This document shows positions 41,271 to 51,769 of a DNA stretch of 64,000 nt, piece after piece. Both the position numbers and the translations under genes were made by a program. Within the stretch, counting starts at the first letter, position 1. The number at the start of each line of letters is the position of its first letter. The DNA is taken from assembly GCA_944384265.1 (NCBI GenBank), contig CALWSR010000002.1, positions 40,361 to 104,360 of the forward strand. The letters run 5' to 3'. The notes beneath the pieces were generated by a model. The model saw only the letters and a list, made by a program, of their open reading frames with translations. It had not been told where the DNA came from and did no database searches. This DNA is from an uncultured Clostridia bacterium. GTDB lineage: Bacteria; Bacillota; Clostridia; Lachnospirales; Anaerotignaceae.

Positions 41271-43343
41271 TTATTCTTTTTGTTTTTTTATATTTTCTCC
41301 CCAAATATCTGTGGCTATGCCCAAACGAGCCGGCTTTTGATTCCACAAAATAGATTTTTCTTTTACAGAAAAACAAATGTCTGTGCCTTCTTTTTTTCTT
41401 GTTTTGACATAAAATGTACCATTTAAGTGATTTATATCCTTACAATCCTGACAAGGTCCTGTCCCCATCTGAAATATTTCATAGCATTTTTTATCTGTAT
41501 ATTCATAAGCTCCTGTTAGTTTTTTTCCTCTTTTATTGATATAATACAATTCATGGGTATCCATATCGCAGACATATATAATTTCATCCAGTTCATCCAA
41601 CAACCTTTTATAATTTTGTTTTTTTCTCTCCAACAGCCTTTTATTTGTTATATGCACCTTTTTTTTGTTATTCTCTACAATAGGCTTTCCCTGCTGTGCT
41701 CTTTCCAAAAACTTTTTTTCAAATTGCTCCGGGCTTTCCGGCCTTCCAAAATAATAGCCCTGTATCACATCAGGAAGCAGCTCCTTCAATATAGACCGCT
41801 CTTCTATGGTTTCAACTCCCTCTACACAAACACGAATGTTTACACTATGGGCCAACTCAATCATATTTTTGATTAAACGAAAATTATATTCTCCATTTTG
41901 TATTTGTCTTACAAAGCATTTGTCAATTTTAATTTCATCTACACTTAATTCCTTCAAATAACCAAGGCTGGAATACCCTGTGCCAAAATCATCAATAGAA
42001 ACCTCAACACCTTTTTTGCTTAATTGATAAAACAAAAGATTAAAGTAAGAATAGTCTTGAAGCTGTATGCTTTCTGTTACTTCCAATATAACTGCTTCTC
42101 CTGGCAGCTGAGATTTCTCCAAGCTATGAAATATGATATCCAATATTTTTTTATCTTTTAATTGTATGTAGGATAAATTGATATTCATACGAAAATAAGG
42201 AATGGTTTTTCTCCAAATATAACATTGCTCCATTGCTTTTTCCAATATCCATTTTCCTGCATCCAATATCAGCCCTGTTTGTTCCAGTATAGGGATAAAT
42301 ACCTCTGGGCCAATTTCACCATATTGCTTTGATTTCCAGCGCATCAATGCTTCTGCTTTGATTAAAACACCGTCTTCATTTCTCACAACAGGCTGATAGT
42401 ACACATGAAAGCCTTCAAAATCATTTTTGATGCTTTCAAAAAGCTCCTCTCTCAAATCTATAAAAAAAAGATGTTCTTTATATTCATCAATGGAAAAGAA
42501 AAACAATCTGTTTTTTCCATGTCGCTTTGCGTGTTTTAAAGCGTCCTCTGCATATTGATACAAACGGTGATACTCATTTGCATCATCAGGATAACACACT
42601 GCTCCTGCTGAAACAGTACAATCTGTTTGAACAGAAAAGCTTGCTTTTACAATATGATAAAATGCTTTTACACTCTCTGTGGCATATCCTATTAAATTGA
42701 CTCCAAATTTATCTCCATCCAAGCGATAAATTTGCCCTTCATAATCTATATTTTGTTCTATGATTTCGGCCAGTCTTTTTAACTGGTCATTTCCATAGCT
42801 TCTGCCATATTTATCATTTACATTTTTAAAATCATCAATACCCAATATTAAAAAATAGCCGGATTTGTTTTTTTCAAAAATTTCTAAAAAGCTTTTTTCC
42901 AAAACAGTTTGGTTTCTCAAACCTGTTAATTGGTCAATTCTTTTGCTGACTGCATTTTCTGAAATGGACCCCACAATAATACTAGGCTTTTCATTTTCAT
43001 AAGTCACACATTTTCCCACAAAATGTACCCAGCTGGATTTTGCCGTTCTGTCTACCATACGATATTCTAGTATTAATTCGTCTTTTTTCCCTCTTTCTAT
43101 ATCTTCAAAGCTCAGCCTCACTCTTTTTCTGTCTTTCATATCTACTACTGAAAGCAATTCTTCTACACTAAAAGAAATTCCTTCAAATGGCAAAGCATAT
43201 TTTTCCCATATACAAGATGCGAAATATATTTGCTGTTCTTTTACATCCAATACAAACAAATAGTCTTCTATACTTTCCCCCCAAAAAGAAAGCATTTCAA
43301 TATATGGTTCAAGCAACCTTCTTCTGTCTTGCTTTCTCTCCAA
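41271..43343 (-). CDS. PAS-GGDEF-EAL c-di-GMP protein (degenerate GGDEF, intact EAL)
   Basis: DQLTGLRN, DDFKNVNDKYG, RLDGDKF; EALMRW, LEVTES, IDDFGTGYSSL, IKIDK, EGVET, QGYYFGRP. Confidence 0.92.
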   Translation of the reverse strand: MERKQDRRRLLEPYIEMLSFWGESIEDYLFVLDVKEQQIYFASCIWEKYALPFEGISFSVEELLSVVDMKDRKRVRLSFEDIERGKKDELILEYRMVDRTAKSSWVHFVGKCVTYENEKPSIIVGSISENAVSKRIDQLTGLRNQTVLEKSFLEIFEKNKSGYFLILGIDDFKNVNDKYGRSYGNDQLKRLAEIIEQNIDYEGQIYRLDGDKFGVNLIGYATESVKAFYHIVKASFSVQTDCTVSAGAVCYPDDANEYHRLYQYAEDALKHAKRHGKNRLFFFSIDEYKEHLFFIDLREELFESIKNDFEGFHVYYQPVVRNEDGVLIKAEALMRWKSKQYGEIGPEVFIPILEQTGLILDAGKWILEKAMEQCYIWRKTIPYFRMNINLSYIQLKDKKILDIIFHSLEKSQLPGEAVILEVTESIQLQDYSYFNLLFYQLSKKGVEVSIDDFGTGYSSLGYLKELSVDEIKIDKCFVRQIQNGEYNFRLIKNMIELAHSVNIRVCVEGVETIEERSILKELLPDVIQGYYFGRPESPEQFEKKFLERAQQGKPIVENNKKKVHITNKRLLERKKQNYKRLLDELDEIIYVCDMDTHELYYINKRGKKLTGAYEYTDKKCYEIFQMGTGPCQDCKDINHLNGTFYVKTRKKEGTDICFSVKEKSILWNQKPARLGIATDIWGENIKKQKE

Positions 43344-43568
43344 AAAAACACCTCCCAGTACTGCTATTTTTATTTATAACATTTCATTATATTTTTTGTT
43401 TGTTTTATTATCTCACATTCAAATGATGATTTCAAGTGCATTACACAGAATATGTCTTTTTTTAGCAATGAAAAAATTTTTTATACAAAAAAAATGCTTT
43501 TTTATGAAAAAAATAAAAAAGCATTTTAAAAAATAATACTATTATGATAGTATTCCTGATTATTTTAT

Positions 43569-44843
43569 TTATTTTTTATGCATCATAATATCAATGATTT
43601 TCATATCCACTTCTGCCATGCCTTTCAATGAGAGTGTGGCAACATTTTTTACAGTATCTTCCACCCTTTCACTGATAATACCATCCGTAGATTGTATAAT
43701 ACTATTATCCAAGGCATACAATGCAGAATAAACAGCTTCTCCTGCACTTGTGGACAATTTCAAGGCGCAGCCTCCCTTTGCACCATCACAAAGCATACCT
43801 GCCAAACAGCCCAGCATATTTTGCACAGCTCCACAAATGGCTTCCTTGGAGCCGCCCAAAAGCCATGTAATACCCGCTGAAGAACCTGCTCCAGAAAGGG
43901 TCGCTCCACAAATAGGAGAAAGTCTTCCCACATGATATTTGATATAAATGGTAATCATCAATCCAAGCATTTCTGCACGAAGCATTTTTTCCTCTGGAAG
44001 CTGTAAATATTTTGCTGTCACAGCAATGGGCAGTGTGGCCTCCAGGCCTTGGTTGCCGCTTCCCAAAAATGTCATAACAGAGCCATTTCCGCCGCTCATT
44101 CTAAAATCACAGGCAGCAGAAACCACACTTTTTACAGTGGTAACTAAATCGTTGCTTAATTTCTTGTTTGCCATCATACCATTTAAAGCCGGTCCAATAC
44201 CCAAAGCATATTTTTGTTTCATACCAACCTCAGAAATATTCAGATTCATATCCACTGCTTCTTTGATGAACTGCAGTTTTTCAATCTCTACTGTTTCTGC
44301 TATGTCAATAAAATCTGCAAAGGTACATTTTGTAATATCAAAATCTGTTGTTTTTTCTTCTTCACTATCTTGCTTCATATTGTCCAACAATACAACGCCA
44401 TCTTTTTCAGCCTTTACCAAATTATCATGCTTGTCCACTGTAATGGTATGGGCTTTTTCTGTATCATTTATGGCATACACTTCAATATAAAATTGACTGC
44501 TGCTGATGATATGTACCTCCACAAAATCGTTTTCAACCAATTCTTCTGCTTTTTTGACCAATTCAGGTGTAACAGAAGAAAATATCTCCATTGTATTATC
44601 CGGCTTGCTCAATAAAAAACCCAATGCACAGGCCAGCTGTATGCCGGGCTTTCCTGCATTTGGTATGGCAACGCTGTAAGCATTTTTAAAAATGTTTGAG
44701 CTAATGTGCATCTCCAGCTTTGCAGCTGCTTTTTGTAAATACTGGCAGGTTCTGGATACGGCCAGTCCAATAGCAACAGGCTCCGTACAGCCTAAGCTGG
44801 GCTGCATTTCACTTTTTATCAATTCAATTATTTTATCTGTCAT
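43569..44843 (-). CDS. cdsB: L-cysteine desulfidase-like (CdsB/YhaM) serine-dehydratase-alpha family protein
   Basis: PSLGCTEPVAI, NIFKNAYSVAIP, RMSGG..VMTFLGSGNQG, GRLSPICG, GMLCDGAKGGCALK. Start at 44843. Confidence 0.82.
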   Translation of the reverse strand: MTDKIIELIKSEMQPSLGCTEPVAIGLAVSRTCQYLQKAAAKLEMHISSNIFKNAYSVAIPNAGKPGIQLACALGFLLSKPDNTMEIFSSVTPELVKKAEELVENDFVEVHIISSSQFYIEVYAINDTEKAHTITVDKHDNLVKAEKDGVVLLDNMKQDSEEEKTTDFDITKCTFADFIDIAETVEIEKLQFIKEAVDMNLNISEVGMKQKYALGIGPALNGMMANKKLSNDLVTTVKSVVSAACDFRMSGGNGSVMTFLGSGNQGLEATLPIAVTAKYLQLPEEKMLRAEMLGLMITIYIKYHVGRLSPICGATLSGAGSSAGITWLLGGSKEAICGAVQNMLGCLAGMLCDGAKGGCALKLSTSAGEAVYSALYALDNSIIQSTDGIISERVEDTVKNVATLSLKGMAEVDMKIIDIMMHKK

Positions 44844-44898
44844 TAAAAATCCTCCTCCATTCAAAATAGTATTGATTTATATTTTTCTTTATTATATA

Positions 44899-44914
44899 AG
44901 CAAAAATCGTGCCA
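44899..44914 (-). promoter_or_regulatory. Sigma54 -24/-12 promoter of the cdsB-like gene
   Basis: TGGCAC-GATTT-TTGCT, an exact consensus match. Confidence 0.92.
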
Positions 44915-44956
44915 ATAAAAAAATGCCTGATATCAGGCATTTTAAAAATATCCCAT

Positions 44957-45057
44957 TCTCATATTTGAGATTTTGATACGCAAAAGCTTCTTTTTATTTC
45001 CTATTTTGTCGAAAAATCCATATTTCTCAAAACTGAGAATCAATCTCATATTTGAGA
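44957..45057. promoter_or_regulatory. Three enhancer (UAS) palindromes for the sigma54 activator
   Basis: TCTCA-N4-TGAGA at 44957-44970, 45025-45038 and 45044-45057. Confidence 0.8.
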
Positions 45058-45060
45058 AAT

Positions 45061-46485
45061 TCAGTATAATCCATACTTCTTCAGCTTTCGATATAATGTT
45101 GCCCTGCTGACCTTTAAAGAAATTGCTACCTCTTCTTTTTCTTCTGTTGTCGCATTTTTGGGCAATAATTTTGTCAGTACCTTTTTTTCATATTCCTCCA
45201 TAATCATATCCAAAGAACGGTTGGCATAGCTTTGATTTGTTTGAAATGCAATATGCTCCGGCAAATCCGAAATACCAATTTCTCCGCATTCTACAATGTT
45301 TGCAAGATATTCTATAATATTTTTCAATTCTCTTATGTTTCCAGACCAGCGATAGCCTAACAATGCTTTTTTGCATTCCGAAGAAATGCCGCTGATATTT
45401 TTTGACAATTTTTGATTATAATAATCAATATAATATTCCACCAATGGAATAATATCTTCTTTTCTTTTTCTTAAAGGAGGCAATTCAATGGGAATAATGT
45501 TTAATCTGTAATATAAATCTTCTCGAAATGTACCTTCCTCCACCATCTTTTCAATGTTTCGATTTGTGGCGCAAATGACACGAATATCAATGGGAATAGG
45601 CTTTTTTCCTCCAATCCTTTCCACACTTGCCTCCTGAAGCACCCTAAGCAGCTTTGTTTGCACCTGCAAAGGCATATCCCCTATTTCATCTAAAAAAATA
45701 GTGCTTTTGTCTGCCAGTTCAAACTTTCCAATGGAGCCATTTTTTTTTGCTCCTGTAAAAGAGCCCTCCTCATAGCCAAACAATTCACTTTCTACCAGAT
45801 TATCCGGTATTGCTGCACAGTTGATAGATATCATCAAATGCTCTCTTCTGCTGCTCATGCTATGAATCATTTTTGCCATAATCTCTTTTCCTGTACCGCT
45901 TTCTCCTCGGATAAACACAGTGGAATTTGTTTTTGCTACCTTTGAAGCAATTTTCAATGCCTCCTGCATTTGCAGGCTGTTTCCCACAAAGCTGTACTTT
46001 TCCTCCGACAATGTAAAATCCCGAATCTGCTGTTCCAGCTTATTTTTGCTTGCGGTGGTGGAAAGCTTGCTTTCAATCAGTACGCACATATATTTTAAAA
46101 ATTCTTCCAAGCGTTCTCTTTTTCTCAAAAGAATCTCTCTTTGCTGCTCTTCAAATGCTATGATGGAAATGACACCCACTACATTTTCTTTTAAAAAAAT
46201 AGGATAAGCAAGGCTTGCCAGTTCTTTGCACTGCTCTCTTTTTTTACAGACACTGCAAAGCACCTCTTCTGCAACGCTTTTTATCATGCCGCTTTTTTTG
46301 GTGGTCATAATTTTTTCAAAAAAGGAATCGTGAGAAACCGTTCCTCCAATTTCTTTTTCATAATTTCCTGTACCCGCAACTCTGATTAAATGATTGTCTA
46401 CCACTGTAACATCTGTTTCCAATATAGCGGCAATGGCTTTTACATATGCTTGTATAAAAGGTTGTATTTCCATTAAAGTTGTCAT
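45061..46485 (-). CDS. Sigma54-dependent enhancer-binding activator (CdsR-like)
   Basis: GESGTGKE, ELFGYEEGSFTGA, FLDEIGDM, FREDLYYRL, WSGNIREL, C-terminal Fis HTH VSRATLYRKL. Confidence 0.93.
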   Translation of the reverse strand: MTTLMEIQPFIQAYVKAIAAILETDVTVVDNHLIRVAGTGNYEKEIGGTVSHDSFFEKIMTTKKSGMIKSVAEEVLCSVCKKREQCKELASLAYPIFLKENVVGVISIIAFEEQQREILLRKRERLEEFLKYMCVLIESKLSTTASKNKLEQQIRDFTLSEEKYSFVGNSLQMQEALKIASKVAKTNSTVFIRGESGTGKEIMAKMIHSMSSRREHLMISINCAAIPDNLVESELFGYEEGSFTGAKKNGSIGKFELADKSTIFLDEIGDMPLQVQTKLLRVLQEASVERIGGKKPIPIDIRVICATNRNIEKMVEEGTFREDLYYRLNIIPIELPPLRKRKEDIIPLVEYYIDYYNQKLSKNISGISSECKKALLGYRWSGNIRELKNIIEYLANIVECGEIGISDLPEHIAFQTNQSYANRSLDMIMEEYEKKVLTKLLPKNATTEEKEEVAISLKVSRATLYRKLKKYGLY

Positions 46486-46502
46486 ATGTCAGCCTCCCTT
46501 TA

Positions 46503-48128
46503 TCACATCAAGCGACATACTCTGCAAATACGGACCAGTCGTCCTCCCATAGGCATCGCCATCAAATCTGCCTCTTTGATGCCTCCAATCAAAAGCATTA
46601 CAAGTCCATATATGACAATACCCATTACAATGGCAAATATGGTAGCAAATGTATTGCTGTTTAACACCACAAACAAGCCTTTGTATGTCAAAAAGCAAGC
46701 TGCTCCCATCACAAAGGAGCCTATCAAAGGCTTAAATAAAGAACCCAGCAAATCAATGTGTACCCTCATAATACGGGATAGCATCCACAAATTGAATAAA
46801 GATGCCACCATATAGCAGCCTGTTGTGGAAATGACTGCACCAATGACATTGATAGCAGGAATACCAATCAGCACAGCGTTTAATACCACTTTTACAATGG
46901 CTCCCAGCACAGCACCTATCACAGGCACCTTCACATGGCCAATGCCCTGCAAAACACCTGTTACTGTCTGGCATAATGCCAAAAATATAATGGAAACGGA
47001 GCCTACTGTCAGCAAAATGCCCCCTTCTGATGCATAGGGAAAAAGCATTTTTACAATACCATCTCCCAACACGCCAATGCCTACCCCAGCCGGTACAGAA
47101 ATAATCATAGACACTCTTAAGGTCATATTCATTTTTCTTTTCAGCTGCTGCTTTTGTCTCAATTTTGCAGAGGCGGCAATGCTTGGTATGGCTGCTGTGG
47201 CAACTGCTGTGGATATGGAAACAGGCAATGTGGTCAGTGTAACATATTTTCCTGATAACTGGCCATACAAATCCTGTGCCTGCTGATGTGTGTGTCCGGA
47301 CCCCTCCAGTATTCTCATTACCATATTCATGTCAATCAAATTGGTAATGCTGAATACTGCTGTGCCTGCAATGATGGGCAGTGCTGTGGTGAGCAGTATT
47401 TTTGCAATTTCTCCTGCCGTTTCTTTTTTTCTGTCCTTTTTTGTTTTTTTGTATATCACAGGCTTTAAAAGCATATAGGAAAACAGTATGACAAGCAGTC
47501 CTGCCAAGGCTCCAATCCCTGTGCCTGTTGTGCCTCCTGCTGCTCCCATGATAATATTTTTTTCTCCTGCTGCTCTGTCCACTCCATAGCCCAAAAGCAC
47601 ATATGCCAAATAGACACTGAAAAAGGCATTAAATATTTGCTCCACAATTTGAGAAAGGGCTGTGGGCAGCATTGTATTCATGCCTTGAAAATAGCCTCTG
47701 TAAACAGACATAATGGCAACAATAAACAATGTGGGCGACAATGTTAAAATACAATAATAGCTTTCAGGTGATTCTGCCAAAACCGTTGCAATTTGCTCCG
47801 CAAAAACAAACATAAGCACCATGCATACAAATCCAAGACTGCCGGAAACAAACAATGACACTCTAAAAACCTTATGGGCATTTCTATATTCTCCCACTGC
47901 CAACCGTTCCGATACCATTTTGGATATGGCTGCCGGTAAGCCTGCTGAGGACAGTATCAACAAAAAGGTATAAATATAATAGCCTGCACTATAAATGGCA
48001 TTTCCTGTATCGCCTATCATATTTGTCATAGGAATACGATACAAAAAGCCAAATACTCTTACCATAATGCCTGCAAAAGCTAATATTGCTGCCTGTTTTA
48101 CAAAAGAACCGCCCTTTTTTCTTACCAT
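46503..48128 (-). CDS. MOP-family flippase (MurJ/YtgP/SpoVB-like polysaccharide biosynthesis protein)
   Basis: KQAAILAFAGIMVRVFGFLYRIP, SSAGLPAAISKMVSE, YRGYFQG..PTALSQIVEQ. Start at 48128. Confidence 0.88.
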   Translation of the reverse strand: MVRKKGGSFVKQAAILAFAGIMVRVFGFLYRIPMTNMIGDTGNAIYSAGYYIYTFLLILSSAGLPAAISKMVSERLAVGEYRNAHKVFRVSLFVSGSLGFVCMVLMFVFAEQIATVLAESPESYYCILTLSPTLFIVAIMSVYRGYFQGMNTMLPTALSQIVEQIFNAFFSVYLAYVLLGYGVDRAAGEKNIIMGAAGGTTGTGIGALAGLLVILFSYMLLKPVIYKKTKKDRKKETAGEIAKILLTTALPIIAGTAVFSITNLIDMNMVMRILEGSGHTHQQAQDLYGQLSGKYVTLTTLPVSISTAVATAAIPSIAASAKLRQKQQLKRKMNMTLRVSMIISVPAGVGIGVLGDGIVKMLFPYASEGGILLTVGSVSIIFLALCQTVTGVLQGIGHVKVPVIGAVLGAIVKVVLNAVLIGIPAINVIGAVISTTGCYMVASLFNLWMLSRIMRVHIDLLGSLFKPLIGSFVMGAACFLTYKGLFVVLNSNTFATIFAIVMGIVIYGLVMLLIGGIKEADLMAMPMGGRLVRICRVCRLM

Positions 48129-48154
48129 AATGCACCTCAACCAAAATACATATT

Positions 48155-49981
48155 TTACCCACGAATACGCATTTTTCTTCTCAAGCCTGCATCCAATATC
48201 TTCTTTCTCATACGCAGGCTTTGGGGAGTTACCTCCACCAATTCATCATCATTGATAAATTCAATACACTGCTCCAAAGACATCTGTATTGGAGGCGTCA
48301 GTTTCAAAGCATCATCCGAGCCGGAGGCCCTTGTATTTGTAAGCTGCTTTTTCTTACAAACATTGATGTCCATGTCCTCTGCCCTGGCATTGCGTCCTAC
48401 AATCATGCCTGCATAAACCTTCACACCGGGGCCGATAAACAAATCTCCTCTTTCTTGAGCATTATACAATCCATATGTGATAGCTTCTCCGGCTTCAAAT
48501 GCCACAAGAGAGCCTTGAGAACGTGTTGGAATTTCTCCTTTATAAGGCTGGTAGCTGTCAAAAATAGAATGCATAATACCATTTCCCTTGGTATCTGTCA
48601 AAAATTCATTTCGATATCCTATCAAACCTCTTGCGGGAATGATAAATTCCAAACGGGTATAGCCTCCCTTAGAAGGACTCATGTTTATCATTTCCCCTTT
48701 TCTGCTGCCCAGCTTTTCAATGACGTTTCCCACAAACTCCTCCGGAACGTCAATGGTCACCTGCTCCATAGGCTCCAATTTTTTGCCATCTTCTTCCTGA
48801 AAAAGCACCTCCGGCTTGGATACCTGAAATTCAAACCCTTCTCGGCGCAATGTTTCAATAAGTATGGAAAGATGCAATTCTCCTCGTCCGGATACTCTTA
48901 AGCATTCTGGTGTATCTGTATCCTCCACTCTCAGGCTCACATCTGTGTTTAATTCTTTATACAATCTTTCCCGGATGTGTCTGGACGTTACAAATTTTCC
49001 TTCTGTACCGGCAAAGGGACTGTCATTTACAGAAAAATTCATAGAAATGGTTGGCTCAGAAATTTTCACAAAGGGCAATGGCTCTAGATGCAAAGGAGAA
49101 CAAATGGTATCTCCTATCATAATATCCTCTATGCCGGATATGGCCACAATTTCTCCAACACCTGCTTCTTTTATCTCTTGTCTTTGCAGACCTTCAAATG
49201 TATACAGCTTTGTGATGCGCACCCTTTTTTGTGCTTCCGGCTGATGAATGTTTAAAACCACCACTTCATCATTGACATGAATGGTACCATTTTCAATTTT
49301 TCCAATGCCAATTCTGCCCACATATTCGCTGTGGTCAATGGTAGAAACCAGTGCCTGCAAGGGGGCGTCCAAATCCCCCGCTGGAGCCGGAATATGCTCA
49401 ATGATGGTTTCAAAAAGCGGCTTCATATCTGTTCCTTCTTCCAATGGGTCCAAAGAAGCCACACCACTTCTTGCAGAAGCAAATACAAAAGGAGAATCCA
49501 GCTGGTTTTCATTGGCGTCCAATTCAATAAACAATTCCAATACCTCGTCAATGACTGCCTTTGGTCTAGCTTCCGGACGGTCCACCTTATTTAAACAAAC
49601 CACAACCGGCAAACTCAATTCCAATGCTTTTCTAAGCACAAACTTTGTTTGAGGCATGGGGCCTTCAAAGGCATCTACCACAAGCACAACCCCATCCACC
49701 ATTTTTAATACCCGCTCTACTTCTCCTCCAAAATCTGCGTGTCCCGGTGTGTCAATGATGTTAATTTTAATATCTCCATAATGAACAGCAGTGTTTTTGG
49801 ATAATATGGTGATACCACGTTCTCTTTCAATATCTCCGCTGTCCATCACTCTTTCCTGTACCACTTGATTGGAGCGAAAAATGCCGCTTTGTTTTAAAAG
49901 CTGGTCTACTAATGTTGTTTTTCCATGGTCAACATGGGCAATAATAGCGACATTTCTAATGTGTGCCATTTTTTGATTCAT
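48155..49981 (-). CDS. typA: Translational GTPase TypA/BipA
   Basis: [65 protein letters not shown]. Confidence 0.97.
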   Translation of the reverse strand: MNQKMAHIRNVAIIAHVDHGKTTLVDQLLKQSGIFRSNQVVQERVMDSGDIERERGITILSKNTAVHYGDIKINIIDTPGHADFGGEVERVLKMVDGVVLVVDAFEGPMPQTKFVLRKALELSLPVVVCLNKVDRPEARPKAVIDEVLELFIELDANENQLDSPFVFASARSGVASLDPLEEGTDMKPLFETIIEHIPAPAGDLDAPLQALVSTIDHSEYVGRIGIGKIENGTIHVNDEVVVLNIHQPEAQKRVRITKLYTFEGLQRQEIKEAGVGEIVAISGIEDIMIGDTICSPLHLEPLPFVKISEPTISMNFSVNDSPFAGTEGKFVTSRHIRERLYKELNTDVSLRVEDTDTPECLRVSGRGELHLSILIETLRREGFEFQVSKPEVLFQEEDGKKLEPMEQVTIDVPEEFVGNVIEKLGSRKGEMINMSPSKGGYTRLEFIIPARGLIGYRNEFLTDTKGNGIMHSIFDSYQPYKGEIPTRSQGSLVAFEAGEAITYGLYNAQERGDLFIGPGVKVYAGMIVGRNARAEDMDINVCKKKQLTNTRASGSDDALKLTPPIQMSLEQCIEFINDDELVEVTPQSLRMRKKILDAGLRRKMRIRG

Positions 49982-50101
49982 ATTTCACGACTCCTCTTTT
50001 TCTTTTGCCTGCCTTATATATATATATTATATAAAGGTAATATAAAATTATTTAGTATTTTACCACAGTACTTATCAATACGCAATATAAAATCAACATA
50101 T

Positions 50102-50129
50102 AAAAAGCCTTCCATACGAATATGAAAGG
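50102..50129 (-). terminator. Terminator after csp
   Basis: GCCTTTCATA..TATGGAAGGC followed by TTTTT on the minus strand. Confidence 0.65.
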
Positions 50130-50197
50130 CGATAGAGCATAACCTATTTTTTATATATTTCAATGCAAAATGCATTTGTGAACTATACGATAATTGA

Positions 50198-50398
50198 TTA
50201 AGCACGTGTTACATTTGCTGCCTGAGGGCCTTTTGCACCCTGAACAACTTCAAATTCTACTTCCTGTCCTTCTTCCAGTGTTTTGTAGCCTTCAGCCTGA
50301 ATAGCGGAGAAATGTACAAATACATCGTCTTCACCAGGTACGGAAATAAAACCAAAACCTTTTTCTGCATTAAACCATTTTACTGTACCTTTTTTCAT
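50198..50398 (-). CDS. Cold-shock domain protein
   Basis: [32 protein letters not shown]. Confidence 0.97.
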   Translation of the reverse strand: MKKGTVKWFNAEKGFGFISVPGEDDVFVHFSAIQAEGYKTLEEGQEVEFEVVQGAKGPQAANVTRA

Positions 50399-50443
50399 GT
50401 TTAAATCCTCCTACATAGATAAAAAATGCTTTTAACGGTTTTA

Positions 50444-50472
50444 ATAGTATCATATATTTAGCAATGTGTCAA
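50444..50472 (-). promoter_or_regulatory. SigA promoter of csp
   Basis: TTGACA, 17 bp, TACTAT. Confidence 0.75.
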
Positions 50473-50531
50473 TAAATATTTCGTTTAAAAGTTAATTTTT
50501 TCCAGCTTTTGGAATTTTTTTCCGCCATTTT

Positions 50532-51716
50532 TTATTGATAATTTTCATCCTCCAGCAAGCTGTTTTCTTCAATGGCTTTTCTTGCCAAAAAGTCACATCT
50601 TTCGTTTTCTGTATTGTTTGCATGACCCTTCACCCATTGAAATGTTACATGGTGCTTTTCAAGCAGCTCCAAAAGCCTTTCCCACAAATCAATGTTGGAG
50701 GCCATTTCCTTTTGATTTCTTCTCCAGCCATTTGCCTTCCATTTTTTTGCCCATCCTTTTTTTATGGCATCCACTACATATTTGGAATCACTGTAAAGTG
50801 TCACATCACACTCTCCTTTCAATGCCTCCAATGCTTTTATCACTGCCAAAACCTCCATGCGGTTGTTGGTTGTCACACGATAGCCCTGTGACAATTCCTT
50901 TCTTTTTTCTCCATACAAAAGCACCGCACCATAGCCTCCTGCACCGGGATTTCCTGAGCAGGCACCATCTGTATAAATGATGACCTTTTTGTTCGGCTGT
51001 TTTTTTTCCATACAGCAGCTTGGCTGTTTTTTGACAAAAGCCTCTGCTATGAGCATATCCTCCACAGTGGTAATTTTAATATTATCATAATGTCCCTCTG
51101 TTACAAAAACATCTCTTCCCATTTGCTCCACCAGTGCAGCTTCATCTGTGCCTATAAAGCCTGTTTGCATTGCCTTTTCAAATGCATCGCAAAGCAATTT
51201 TTTTTCAAATACTTGGGGTGTTTGAATACACCAAACAAAATCTCTTTTTGGTGTTTGTATAATTTTATTTTCCTCATCACAAATTTTAATGGTATCCTTT
51301 GTTTTGACTCCCAATGCACAGGCTCCCCTTTGCTTTGCCACCGCAATGGTTTTTGCAATATCCTCTGCTGTTACAAAAGGCCGCACACCATCATGCACTG
51401 CCACAAAATCTGTTTTTTCACTGACAGCACAAAGCCCTGCATAAACAGAATGCTGTCTTTGTTCCCCTCCTTCCACCACGGCAGAAACCTTTTGAAAGCC
51501 CTCTCTTTTTACAATTTCCCAAGCCTTTTCAATATTTTCTTTGGATGTAACCAATATAATTTCATCAATTTCTTGGCATTGTTCAAAGCTTTCAATGGTA
51601 TAGGCAATGATTTCTTTGCCGTTTAATTCTAAAAACTGCTTTTGCGTTTTTTTACCCATACGCTTTCCAGAGCCAGCAGCAGGCAAAATAGCTGTACAAT
51701 GGCTTTTTTGATTCAT
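50532..51716 (-). CDS. ispD: IspD (MEP cytidylyltransferase) - RNase HI fusion protein
   Basis: aa 1-~230: [40 protein letters not shown]. aa ~236-394: [33 protein letters not shown]. One open frame. Confidence 0.9.
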   Translation of the reverse strand: MNQKSHCTAILPAAGSGKRMGKKTQKQFLELNGKEIIAYTIESFEQCQEIDEIILVTSKENIEKAWEIVKREGFQKVSAVVEGGEQRQHSVYAGLCAVSEKTDFVAVHDGVRPFVTAEDIAKTIAVAKQRGACALGVKTKDTIKICDEENKIIQTPKRDFVWCIQTPQVFEKKLLCDAFEKAMQTGFIGTDEAALVEQMGRDVFVTEGHYDNIKITTVEDMLIAEAFVKKQPSCCMEKKQPNKKVIIYTDGACSGNPGAGGYGAVLLYGEKRKELSQGYRVTTNNRMEVLAVIKALEALKGECDVTLYSDSKYVVDAIKKGWAKKWKANGWRRNQKEMASNIDLWERLLELLEKHHVTFQWVKGHANNTENERCDFLARKAIEENSLLEDENYQ

Positions 51717-51769
51717 ATTCTTCCCTCCATATAAAAAGGCATAAGAGAGTTCCCTTATGCCCCAGACTG

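Noticed and set aside
48221-48901. Long antisense ORFs (here opposite typA; also 553-1119, 15527-16033, 43948-44490 and those opposite carB)
   Set aside because: These are shadows of well-conserved genes on the other strand, with no RBS or protein motifs.
51000-51007. Phase-variable poly-A tract at the IspD-RNase H junction
   Set aside because: Runs of 7-8 A/T are frequent throughout this AT-rich window, so this one carries no specific signal.
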